Positions 8,631-16,619 of a DNA stretch of 64,000 nucleotides are shown piece after piece (position 1 is the stretch's first letter; each line of letters starts with the position of its first letter). Under the pieces are notes generated by a model. That model had not been told where the DNA came from, did no database searches, and was given only the letters and a program-made list of their open reading frames with translations. The stretch is from assembly GCA_963807525.1 (NCBI GenBank), contig CAWECI010000008.1, positions 33,011 to 97,010 on the forward strand. Direction: 5' to 3'. The stretch is from Candidatus Aminicenantes bacterium (GTDB lineage Bacteria > Acidobacteriota > Aminicenantia > Aminicenantales > Saccharicenantaceae). Made by a program: the position numbers and the translations under genes.

Positions 8631-9818
8631 CTATTTCCGGCGCGGATTCCCCTGCGGTTTGGACGGAGCGGACCGCTTGACCTGCTCCGCTTCGCGCTGG
8701 TGCCGCTGAGCCATCTGCTGGCGTTCGGCCTGGTGCTGCTTTTGCTGCTCGGCCGCCTGGGCCCGGTGCTGCTGGTCGATCCGGGCCTGCTCTGCCTGGC
8801 TCTGGATGTTGCGTTTTTCCTGCGCCTGGCGGCGGGCCAGGTCCTGCTGCTCCTGGGCCTGGCTGCGCTGGAGCAAAGTCTGTTCTTGGGCCTGCCTCTT
8901 TCGAATGGCAGACTCGGGGGATGCGGCCCGGGCCCCCTGAGGAGGCTCATAGATCCGAGCCGTCCCCATCTGTTGACGGGCTTCCTCGGGGGTCAGCGCC
9001 TGCCTCGGCCGGGCCTGGCGATCCTCCCGGAACGCGGGCCTATAGAACATGGCCTGGTTGCCGGAAATGCGCGGGCCGCCGGGACGGTCGGCATTGGCAA
9101 GCGTATAGCGGGTGACCTGGCGCCCGGTGAAGCGCTGGATGGAATTCACGTCGATCCCTTCATTGATCATCCGGCCGCCCCGGAATTCGTAGCGGTTCTG
9201 GAACCGGGTCCGGTTGGCGACCGTCGCGTTGCGCTCATAGGGAAGGCAGTAGCGCCGGAGGTTGCGGTCCAGGAAGTGGGGCCCGTTGACGAACACCCAG
9301 AAATTCAGCGGCAGCCCCAGGGCATAGGCGTCGAAGTCAATGCCCATCCCGAAGGCGATCCCGGGCGGGATCGGCGCCCAGCCGCAGTAAAGGTCCGAGG
9401 ACCGCCAGAAGACCCAGGCCGGGCCCCACTCCGTGCCGGGCGCCCAGAACCAGCCGCAGCCGTCGTCCCAGCCCCAGCGGCCATAATGAAAGGGCATCCA
9501 GCCCCAGTCATAGTCGGAGTCCCAGCACCAGCCGTAGTCGGACCAGATCCAATGCCCGTCCGCGTACGGTCTCCAGCCATAGCCCATATGCCTTGGGCAC
9601 CAGACATAGCCGTAACGGTCCAGGGTGATCCATGAGCCATAGGGGGCCAGGTAATCATAGCAATAGCCGATATCGAGCCCTGCGCCAAAGCCCTGCGGCG
9701 CACCCGGGATCGGGCCACCCGGCCCGGCTTGCGGATAGCTCGCCGCGATGCAGAACGACGATAAGGCCGCCAGCGCGGCCATAAAGACCAGGCTCGAGAC
9801 GAGGCGAACGGATTTCAT
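8631..9818 (-). CDS. secreted Trp/Tyr/Gly-rich protein (resembles WXXGXW-repeat / DUF6600-type proteins) with Gln/Arg/Glu-rich C-terminal tail
   Basis: ATG 9818 is preceded by AGGAGG. Signal peptide MKSVRLVSSLVFMAALAALS. The track start 9851 is a TTG lying inside the sigma54 -12 box. Confidence 0.75.
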   Translation of the reverse strand: MKSVRLVSSLVFMAALAALSSFCIAASYPQAGPGGPIPGAPQGFGAGLDIGYCYDYLAPYGSWITLDRYGYVWCPRHMGYGWRPYADGHWIWSDYGWCWDSDYDWGWMPFHYGRWGWDDGCGWFWAPGTEWGPAWVFWRSSDLYCGWAPIPPGIAFGMGIDFDAYALGLPLNFWVFVNGPHFLDRNLRRYCLPYERNATVANRTRFQNRYEFRGGRMINEGIDVNSIQRFTGRQVTRYTLANADRPGGPRISGNQAMFYRPAFREDRQARPRQALTPEEARQQMGTARIYEPPQGARAASPESAIRKRQAQEQTLLQRSQAQEQQDLARRQAQEKRNIQSQAEQARIDQQHRAQAAEQQKQHQAERQQMAQRHQREAEQVKRSAPSKPQGNPRRK

Positions 9819-9846
9819 GGTCGACCTCCTTCGTGTCCAAAAAAGA

Positions 9847-9862
9847 TGCAAACTCTATGCCA
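9847..9862 (-). promoter_or_regulatory. sigma54 (RpoN) -24/-12 promoter for the 9818..3305 minus-strand gene string
   Basis: The minus strand reads TGGCAT-AGAGT-TTGCA (GG and GC separated by 10 nt). The predicted TSS is about 18 nt upstream of ATG 9818, leaving just the AGGAGG SD in the leader. Confidence 0.7.
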
Positions 9863-9921
9863 TCTGGGAGGACCCAGTTAGACCCGAAGGCGGGTGCCGA
9901 TCGGCCCGGCGCTTCCTGTCC

Positions 9922-9938
9922 GGCAGGATAATCCCGCC
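9922..9938. promoter_or_regulatory. 17-bp imperfect palindrome, candidate shared activator (bEBP) or IHF-type site
   Basis: GGCAGGAT-A-ATCCCGCC pairs 7 of 8 positions. It is centred at about 9930, roughly equidistant (about 95 bp) from both predicted sigma54 start sites. Confidence 0.3.
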
Positions 9939-9999
9939 TTGAAATGGGCCATTCCGGACTGAGGGCGAGACCCGACAGGGGAGGTCCATCGGACGCCCT

Positions 10000-10015
10000 T
10001 GGCATGGAGATTGCA
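10000..10015 (+). promoter_or_regulatory. sigma54 (RpoN) -24/-12 promoter for the 10045 and 10660 genes
   Basis: TGGCAT-GGAGA-TTGCA with canonical GG-N10-GC spacing. The predicted TSS is about 20 nt before ATG 10045, and the GAGGGAGG SD lies in between. Confidence 0.7.
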
Positions 10016-10044
10016 TAATCTTATATGAACGAGGGAGGTGCATT

Positions 10045-10626
10045 ATGAAGATCTTCAAATCGGTCTTTCTGGCTCTTCTTCTGTGCGCGGCCGTCGCCTT
10101 TCCCCAGACCAAAGACCTGGGCATGGGGGCGTTTGAGAACGAGCACGGACCCATCCTGCTGGCCGTCGATGCCGCCCTGGTCGACTTCCAGCTCAGCAGC
10201 CCGTACGTCATGTTCGTCATGTACATGGCCTCCAATGACCACAACAAGGACATCGTCGTCAGCCGGAACACGATCGTCATGGTCTACAACGGGCAGGAGT
10301 ACAAGCTGCCGACCGTCAAGGAGCTCCGCGACAATTACAAGGGCGAGATCCATGACCTCGATTTCTATCGCCATCTCGGCAAGGAAGGCATCATCGCCAC
10401 CTGGGCCCGCTTCTACAATTTTCCCGACGGAGGGGATTTCTTCCCGCCTCTAACGATGCGCAGCCAGGTGGCCAGGGACGAAGGGTCCATGTACAGCTTC
10501 ACCGGCTTCCGGACCAAGCTGTATTTCAAGAACCCGGGCTTCAAGAAGGGAGACAAGGTGACCTTCAAGGTCTGGGACAAGAATGATCCCAAGATCAGCA
10601 ATACGATCGACGCCGTCCTCGACTAG
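10045..10626 (+). CDS. secreted hypothetical protein
   Basis: Strong SD, signal peptide MKIFKSVFLALLLCAAVAFPQ, good coding periodicity. No family recognised. Confidence 0.7.
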   Translation: MKIFKSVFLALLLCAAVAFPQTKDLGMGAFENEHGPILLAVDAALVDFQLSSPYVMFVMYMASNDHNKDIVVSRNTIVMVYNGQEYKLPTVKELRDNYKGEIHDLDFYRHLGKEGIIATWARFYNFPDGGDFFPPLTMRSQVARDEGSMYSFTGFRTKLYFKNPGFKKGDKVTFKVWDKNDPKISNTIDAVLD

Positions 10627-10659
10627 AGGCGGGATTCGATCAATCAAAAGGAGGTTTTC

Positions 10660-11040
10660 ATGAGATCCAAGATGATGGCGGCTGCGGGTGTTTTCATCAT
10701 CGCGCTCGCGGTGACCTCGGCCCTCGCTCAAGGCCCCTCGCTCCGGGCCACGATCGACTTCCAGTTCACCGTCGGCACCAAGATGTTCCCGGCGGGGACG
10801 TATACGTTCATCAAGGAAGACCCCGCCGATGTGTTCCGGGTGACCGGCGATAAGCACGAAGCCGTCGCTCCGGTCTTGACCCGGGTCGCGAGCATGATGC
10901 CGACCCTGGATGCGGTGGTGTTCGACGTCGTCGGTGACAAGTACGTCCTCGCGGAGATCTGGATCCCCGGCGATGACGGCTACGTGGTCGCCACGACCAA
11001 AGCCAAGCACACACACAAGATCGTAAAAGTCGGCATGTAA
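10660..11040 (+). CDS. secreted hypothetical protein (small beta-rich)
   Basis: AAGGAGG SD. Signal peptide ..IIALAVTSALAQG. Followed by a strong terminator hairpin. Confidence 0.7.
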   Translation: MRSKMMAAAGVFIIALAVTSALAQGPSLRATIDFQFTVGTKMFPAGTYTFIKEDPADVFRVTGDKHEAVAPVLTRVASMMPTLDAVVFDVVGDKYVLAEIWIPGDDGYVVATTKAKHTHKIVKVGM

Positions 11041-11053
11041 GTCCTGACCGCCA

Positions 11054-11081
11054 GGCCCGGGCGGCGCCGTCCGCCCGGGCC
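11054..11081 (+). terminator. GC-rich stem-loop, probable intrinsic terminator of the 10045-11040 unit
   Basis: GGCCCGGGCGG-CGCCGT-CCGCCCGGGCC is a perfect 11-bp stem with a 6-nt loop, 14 nt after the stop. The downstream tract is not U-rich. Confidence 0.5.
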
Positions 11082-11281
11082 ATTCCGATCCCCAAGGCCG
11101 GCGAACGGCAGGTTATTCCCCGAGGCCCCGATCGTAACGCCCGTAGAGCGGCCGGGATCGGGCTCTTTCCCACCTGTCCTTCCCGTCATCCCCATTTAAA
11201 TTCCTGGTCCGGGTGAAACATTCTGGCCGAACTTACGTCTAAATGTATGGAAACGAAAACAGGCTTTAGATGGAGGATATC

Positions 11282-11431
11282 ATGAAGATCAGAACGAAAC
11301 TGGCCATCCTGCTGGTCGCGGTCATACTCTCGCTCGCGGGCATCAATGCCATCGCCGGCGCCCTGTCGGTCGACAAGATCGCGGCGGCCGCGACCCCCTC
11401 GACGGAGGTCGGCGTCACCCTCGTCGGCTAA
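11282..11431 (+). CDS. 49-aa small hydrophobic / secreted peptide (not in the ORF track)
   Basis: GGAGGA lies 4 nt before the ATG. MKIRTKLAILLVAVILSLAGINAIAGALSVDKIAAAATPSTEVGVTLVG. It sits in an otherwise empty 460-nt gap with a lower-GC upstream region. Confidence 0.45.
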   Translation: MKIRTKLAILLVAVILSLAGINAIAGALSVDKIAAAATPSTEVGVTLVG

Positions 11432-11457
11432 GCCCGGCCCGCTTCCCGGGACCGGGT

Positions 11458-11486
11458 TTGACCGGGCTCATCCGCCCGGCTATCAT
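11458..11486 (+). promoter_or_regulatory. sigma70-type promoter for the DUF1801 gene
   Basis: TTGACC-17 nt-TATCAT, ending 18 nt before GTG 11504. Confidence 0.45.
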
Positions 11487-11503
11487 GGTCCCGGAAGGCG
11501 CCC

Positions 11504-11908
11504 GTGAGAAGCCGGAAGACCGCACCCCGAACGATCGACGACTACATCGCCGGGTTCCCCGGAGAGATCCAGGAACAGTTACAGTGCCTGCGCGCCGCGA
11601 TCAAGGCCGCGGCGCCGGCGGCCGAGGAACGCATCAGCTACCGGATGCCGGCGTTCTATCTCCGCGAGAACCTCGTCTATTTCGCGGCCTTCAAGGACCA
11701 CATCGGCTTCTTCCCGACGTCGAGCGGGGTGGCCGCCTTCGAGGCCGAGCTCGGCCCGTACAGGATCTCGAAGGGAACGATCCGGTTTCCCCTCGACCGG
11801 CCCCTGCCGCTGAAGCTCGTCGCCAAGATCGTCAAGTTCCGCGCCGCCGAGAACCTCGCCCGGACCGTCGGGAAGTCTGTTGATTCCCGCCTGGCGAAGC
11901 GCTCATGA
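11504..11908 (+). CDS. DUF1801 (YdhG-like) domain protein
   Basis: TIDDYIAGFP..ISYRMPAFYL..LVYFAAFKDHIGFFP..GKGTIRFPLD is the pattern typical of the YdhG/DUF1801 family. GTG start. Confidence 0.8.
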   Translation: MRSRKTAPRTIDDYIAGFPGEIQEQLQCLRAAIKAAAPAAEERISYRMPAFYLRENLVYFAAFKDHIGFFPTSSGVAAFEAELGPYRISKGTIRFPLDRPLPLKLVAKIVKFRAAENLARTVGKSVDSRLAKRS

Positions 11909-12066
11909 TCGGGCCGATCGGACGAGGCGTTCAGTTCTTCCTCGTCCGGCCATAGCGGACGCGCGGTACCAGAGGGGCTTGTTCCCCGGAGTCCTCCGTC
12001 TCGGCTGGCCCGAACTCCGCCATTCCTGTATAATCATCGTCGCTGAGGAAGGGGGCGGAGGCATCA

Positions 12067-12819
12067 ATGCGCGTGATCGTCGTCGTGCCAACCTACAACG
12101 AGGCGGCCAACCTTCCCCCGATGGCCGCGGCTCTTTTGGCCCTGCCTGTGGCCGGCCTGCGCCTCCTCATCGTCGACGACGGATCTCCCGACGGGACGGG
12201 CCAATTGGCCGACGATCTGGCCGCCCGCTCGGCGGGACGGATCGCCGTCCTGCACCGCCGCGGATCGCGCGGACTGGGCCGCGCCTACCGGGACGGATTT
12301 CGGTGGGCACTCGAGAACGGCGCCGACGCCATCGTCCAGATGGACGCCGACTTCTCTCATCCCCCGTCCGACGTCACCCGCCTGCTCGAGCGGCTCGCCG
12401 AAAGCGACGTCGCCGTTGGATCGCGCTACACGGCGGGCGGAAGCGTCGCCGACGATTGGGGGGCCGGACGCAGGACCCTGAGCCGCTCGGCCAACGCCTA
12501 CGCCCGAGCGATCCTAGGGCTCCGAACACGGGACGCCACGGCCGGCTTCAAGGCTTGGCGGCGGACGGCCCTCGAGGCCGTGGACCTCGACCGCATCCGT
12601 TCGAGAGGCTATCTGTCACAAGTCGAGATGGCCTATGTCAGCGAGCGTCTCGGTCTTCGCATCTCCGAGGTCCCCATCCGCTTCGAAGAGCGCCGCACGG
12701 GCCGTTCGAAGATGAGCCTCAAGGTCAAGCTCGAGGCCGCCCTGGGCATCGTCGGCGTCTGGCGGCGGCACCGGCGTATCCGTCCGATCATGGGCCCCGC
12801 GGACGGGACAAAGGCGTGA
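12067..12819 (+). CDS. polyprenol-phosphate mannose synthase-like GT2 glycosyltransferase
   Basis: VVVPTYNEAANL, IVDDGSPDGT and QMDADFSHPP are motifs of the Ppm1/DPM1-type GT2 family. A TGTATAAT box lies about 35 nt upstream (12027-12034). Confidence 0.85.
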   Translation: MRVIVVVPTYNEAANLPPMAAALLALPVAGLRLLIVDDGSPDGTGQLADDLAARSAGRIAVLHRRGSRGLGRAYRDGFRWALENGADAIVQMDADFSHPPSDVTRLLERLAESDVAVGSRYTAGGSVADDWGAGRRTLSRSANAYARAILGLRTRDATAGFKAWRRTALEAVDLDRIRSRGYLSQVEMAYVSERLGLRISEVPIRFEERRTGRSKMSLKVKLEAALGIVGVWRRHRRIRPIMGPADGTKA

Positions 12820-13978
12820 AGAGGCATCTCGCTGCCGCGATCCTCGGCCTGTCGGTCGCCGTCGCGGTCCTGATGGCGATCCTGAGGCCGGTCCCCCACG
12901 GTCACCGCTACGATCTGGCCATTCAGCTGACCTTGGGCCTGTTGCTGATCGCGCTCTTCCTCAAGGTCCCCCGGCGCCGGCTGTTCTCCAAGCCCGTGCT
13001 GGCCGCGGTCTTCGTCATCGGCCTGACGCTGGGCGTCAACAACCTGGCCAGGATCAAGCCGGGTTCGGAGATCGTCCGGTACTATGGCACGGTCTTCGAA
13101 GCGCTGGACACTGGCCGGAATCCCTACGCGGCCGGCACGATCTTCCATATGGACGAGAATGGGACCGCGGTCTACGGCAATTTCAACTACCCCCCGGCCG
13201 AGATCTATCCCTATTATTGGGCCTATAAGATCACGGGCCGATGGGACAGCTCCGTCCTCACGGGCACGATGCTCCTGCTCAACGCGCTCGGCTGCGTCAT
13301 GCTGCTCCTGACGTTCCCCGGGACCCGGGCGGTCGAGCTGGCGGCCTTCTTCCCGTTCTTCATGCTGGGGGAGATCCGGACCAATCCGTCCCTGACCTTC
13401 CTCGTCACGGCCGGCCTTGTCGCGCTCATGGTCGGGAAAGGAGACGTCCGAGCCGGATCGGGCCCATCACGATCGCCCTCCTGTTCGGCCTTGGGCTCAT
13501 GACCAAGTTCCTGGTGTGGCCCCTCATGGCCGCCTACTACTGGAACAGGTTCGATCCGAAGAGACCCGCCTCGCTGGGCCCCATCGCCGGCGGCGGAGGG
13601 CTGGCCTTGGGGACTTCGCTCCTGCTCATGGCCCCGTTCGGCGTCATGGCGGTCGTCAAGGAGGCCTTCCTGTTCAACGTCAGCCTGGCTCAGCGGGCCG
13701 GCCTGACGACGTTCTATCCCAACGTCCTATCGGGGCCTCTGCGAGCCCTGAGCGCGGGGACGATCTACCCCGTCGTCGCCCTGCTGGTCATGGCCGGCGC
13801 GGTCCTCGTCGCCCCCCGGCTCCGCCTCTTCCCGGCCCTGTTGACGGCGGCGTCCGCGTTCCTGTTGGCGGCCCCCACTCCCGAGCCGCAGTTCCTGCCC
13901 ATCGTTCTCTTCCTGGCTCTCGCGGCCCGATGCCTGGAGCGGGAAGAAGGGGCCATCCCCGCGGGCGAAGGGACCTAG
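12816..13978 (+). pseudogene. polytopic membrane protein (possible GT-C-type glycosyltransferase partner of Ppm1), interrupted by a 1-nt frame break near 13430-13460
   Basis: GTG 12816 overlaps the ppm stop (GTGA). The hydrophobic protein reads in frame 0 up to ..TAGLVALMVGKG and continues in frame 2 as ..RIGPITIALLFGLGLMTKFLVWPL. The span length of 1163 nt equals 3n-1. Confidence 0.6.
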
Positions 13979-14802
13979 GCAAGGTCATGCTCGTCCGGCT
14001 CGCCGGCCGGACCGCGAAGGGCCAGGATCTCGGAGGCGATCTCCTCGATCGGCTTGTTGGTCACGGTCATGACCGTCCAGCCCGCGTGCTGGGCATAGAG
14101 CTGGCGGGCCTGCATGAGCTCGATGCGGATGAATTCGGGGTCGGCGTAATCCGGCCCGGCCGCGCCTTTGAGGTATTCCGAGCGCGTCCGCCGCAGCTCG
14201 GCCAGCTCCCGGGCGTTCGTGTCCAGGCAGAAGATCCGGTTCGGCGGGACCTTGTCGAGGACGGCCGGCGGCGCCTGGTTCATCACGATCGGGACATTGG
14301 CCACGTACCAGCCTTTGAACGCCAGGTAGATGCTGAGCGGCGTCTTGAACGTCCGGGACACGCCGAGCAGGACGATCTCCGCTTTCCGGATGTCCTCGAG
14401 CCGTTGGCCGTCGTCGTGCCGGAGCGCGAATTCCATGGTCTCGATGCGCCGGAAGTAGGCCCTGTTCAGCTGGGCGAATACGCCCGGTCTCTCGGCGGGC
14501 GAAGCGGCCAAGGTCTCGGTTAGCCGGGCCAGGAGCGGTCCCATCAGGTCGATCGTCTCCACGTCGTGCTCACGGCCGAACCGGATCATGGCGTTCCGGA
14601 CGGTCTGGGTGACGATCGTGTGGACGATGAAGCCCTTGGCCGCGGCCGCCTCCTGGACGACCTGGATCACCCGTTTCTCGGTCCGGACGTTCGACCGGAC
14701 GACGATGTCCACCTCCGCGCCGGGGAACTGGGCCAGGGCGGCCCTCAGGATACGCTCCGCGGTGCGCCCCGTGCCGTCGGACACGACATAGATCTTGTTC
14801 AC
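13975..14802 (-). CDS. ppsR: pyruvate,phosphate dikinase / PEP synthase regulatory protein (bifunctional kinase-pyrophosphorylase, DUF299)
   Basis: YVVSDGTGRTAE at the N-terminus and LLGVSRTFKTPLSIYLA (P-loop-like) are typical of PpsR/PDRP. Confidence 0.8.
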   Translation of the reverse strand: MNKIYVVSDGTGRTAERILRAALAQFPGAEVDIVVRSNVRTEKRVIQVVQEAAAAKGFIVHTIVTQTVRNAMIRFGREHDVETIDLMGPLLARLTETLAASPAERPGVFAQLNRAYFRRIETMEFALRHDDGQRLEDIRKAEIVLLGVSRTFKTPLSIYLAFKGWYVANVPIVMNQAPPAVLDKVPPNRIFCLDTNARELAELRRTRSEYLKGAAGPDYADPEFIRIELMQARQLYAQHAGWTVMTVTNKPIEEIASEILALRGPAGEPDEHDLA

Positions 14803-14875
14803 CAGGCCTAAGATAGTCTTCCCCGCCGGGGGGAGTCAAACGACGGGCGGACGCTGTCCCCTCGGGGACCGGACT

Positions 14876-16099
14876 TCAGGCGACAACCTCGACGCCGAGC
14901 GGGAACTTGGACAGATGCTCGCAGCCGCCGGCCTGAATGACGATGGGGTTCTCGTATCGGAAGCCGATGGCCTCTTCCGGGCAGGCGTACTGCATGGCGC
15001 AGATGACCACCTCGTTCTCGCGATAGCGATGGTCGGGATTGGTCCAGTACGGGAAGGGGCCGTCGTTCATGCCGATCCGCCACTCGTCGCCCATCAATCC
15101 GATGCCGTGCTCGAAGCCAGGGACCATGTAGTCGGCGAAGCCCCGGCTCTCGGCGAAGCCGATCATCCGCTCGGCCAGTTCCGAGGGGCTGATGCCGGCC
15201 CGGTAGGTCTTCAGGGTCAGGGCCACGATGTCGATGAAGTTGCGGGCGTGCCAGAGCTGCCGGTCGGTGGCAGGGGCGATGAGATAATTGTGCGAATGGT
15301 CGCCCAGTCCCAGCATGAACATGGCGTGGATGTCGACCATGAGCGGCTCGCCGGCCCGGAGCTCGCGGCGCGTGGCCGGGGTGCAGGCCCCGCCCGTGAG
15401 TCCGGCCCGGTAGCCCGAGGCGATCTCGTTGCCGCCGGTGAACGACCATTCCCACTCGCTCCCGGCCCGGCGCATGGCCAGCGCCGCGAGGCCCGCGATC
15501 TCGGTCTCGGTCCGGCCTTTCCAGCCACCGTCGCGCAGGGCGCCGAAGACCGCCTGGTGCCCGACGTCGACGATCCGCGAGGCTTCGCGGAAGCGGGCGA
15601 TCGTGCCGGGGTCCTTGACGAGCGACAGCCGGTCGACGAGATCATGGGCGTTGACGAGCTCGCAGCCGGCCAGGGCGTCGCGAAAGCGCTCGAACTCATA
15701 GTGGGTCAGGTTGCCCTCGGGCAGGTAATTCGACATGCCGCTCTCGATGCCGACGCGGCCCTTCCGGCCTTTGAGCAGGTCCTTGATAAAGTCGGAAATG
15801 AGCTCGATCTGGTCCTGGCCGCCCATCGGGGCGAAGCCGAAGACGCGGTCCTCGCCGACCCAGGACTCGTCGGCGACGCGGGCGGCGTCGATGACGAAGG
15901 TGAAGGCGGCCGGCAGTCCCTGGGACGGCACCACGACGAAGCTCCGCCAGGGGCAGAACGCGTCGAGGACCCAGGACAGGGTCCGCAGGCGGGAGCCGAG
16001 GTAAACGTCGATCCCGGCCCGGCCCATGTCCGCTTGCAGGGCCCGGACGCGGCCGGGGTGGTCGATGAAATAGGGGCTGGCCGGGTCGATGGGCTTCAC
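14876..16099 (-). CDS. M24-family metallopeptidase (Xaa-Pro aminopeptidase / creatinase-like)
   Basis: An N-terminal creatinase-like domain plus a pita-bread domain (..LMVDIHAMFMLGLGDHSHNY.., ..FEHGIGL..). Confidence 0.8.
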   Translation of the reverse strand: MKPIDPASPYFIDHPGRVRALQADMGRAGIDVYLGSRLRTLSWVLDAFCPWRSFVVVPSQGLPAAFTFVIDAARVADESWVGEDRVFGFAPMGGQDQIELISDFIKDLLKGRKGRVGIESGMSNYLPEGNLTHYEFERFRDALAGCELVNAHDLVDRLSLVKDPGTIARFREASRIVDVGHQAVFGALRDGGWKGRTETEIAGLAALAMRRAGSEWEWSFTGGNEIASGYRAGLTGGACTPATRRELRAGEPLMVDIHAMFMLGLGDHSHNYLIAPATDRQLWHARNFIDIVALTLKTYRAGISPSELAERMIGFAESRGFADYMVPGFEHGIGLMGDEWRIGMNDGPFPYWTNPDHRYRENEVVICAMQYACPEEAIGFRYENPIVIQAGGCEHLSKFPLGVEVVA

Positions 16100-16109
16100 G
16101 CGGGCCTCG

Positions 16110-16507
16110 TCAATAGACCGCCGGGATGCCGGCCAGGACCTTGTTGAGCCGGTCGGCGATCGCGGCCAGCTTGAGCGCCTTGATCATGTTGCCTTTGAGC
16201 CGGAGCTGGCCGGTCATCAGAGCCTTCTGCGACCCCAGCTCGGCCCGCGAGATCTGGGCGAAGACGTCGTAGGTGCCGGTGATGCGGAACTCCGCATCCG
16301 GCGGCTCTCCGGTGCCCAGCGCGATCTCGGCCAGGGCCCCGTCCTCGAAGCGGAAGAGCAGGTACTTGCTTCCGCCGCCGGGGCAGTCGAGGTAGATGTT
16401 CGACATCGACGAGGTGACGTGGTTCATCTTCTCGGGGGTCAGCTCGGCCTTGAGGCGCTTCTCGGCCTCGGCCCGCCATTCCTCGGTGAGATATTGGAGT
16501 GGGGCAT
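16110..16507 (-). CDS. SCP2 sterol-carrier-like domain protein; N-terminus disrupted by a 1-nt frame break right after the start codon
   Basis: The body (track ORF 16110..16427) ends ..LMTGQLRLKGNMIKALKL, which is SCP2-like. The same frame continues upstream as APLQYLTEEWRAEAEKRLKAELTPEK without any start codon. A perfect AAAGGAG-N6-ATG sits at 16520..16505, one base out of frame across a CCCC run. Confidence 0.7.
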
Positions 16508-16540
16508 GGGATGCTCCTTTCGGTGAGTTCCGCAGAGAAC

Positions 16541-16569
16541 GATATAGACCAGGGCGCGGGCCGTGTCAA
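16541..16569 (-). promoter_or_regulatory. sigma70-type promoter for the SCP2 / M24 / ppsR string
   Basis: The minus strand reads TTGACA-17 nt-TATATC, about 35 nt upstream of ATG 16507. Confidence 0.5.
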
Positions 16570-16619
16570 TCCGAAGCGACGCTAGGGCTTTTTCGCGTTC
16601 GTCGGCGTCCTCCCGGTCG

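Noticed and set aside
9840-10640. Lower-GC pocket as a horizontally acquired islet
   Set aside because: The AT-rich parts coincide with a divergent promoter region and a signal-peptide-rich small gene. There are no flanking repeats or mobility genes, and the codon pattern is otherwise similar to the neighbours.
11880-12815. First 312 codons of the 540-aa ORF 11880..13502
   Set aside because: This is an out-of-frame read across the Ppm1-type GT2 gene. The real membrane protein starts at GTG 12816, overlapping the ppm stop.
14795-16147. 450-aa plus-strand ORF
   Set aside because: It is antisense to the M24 peptidase gene, with shadow-ORF composition.
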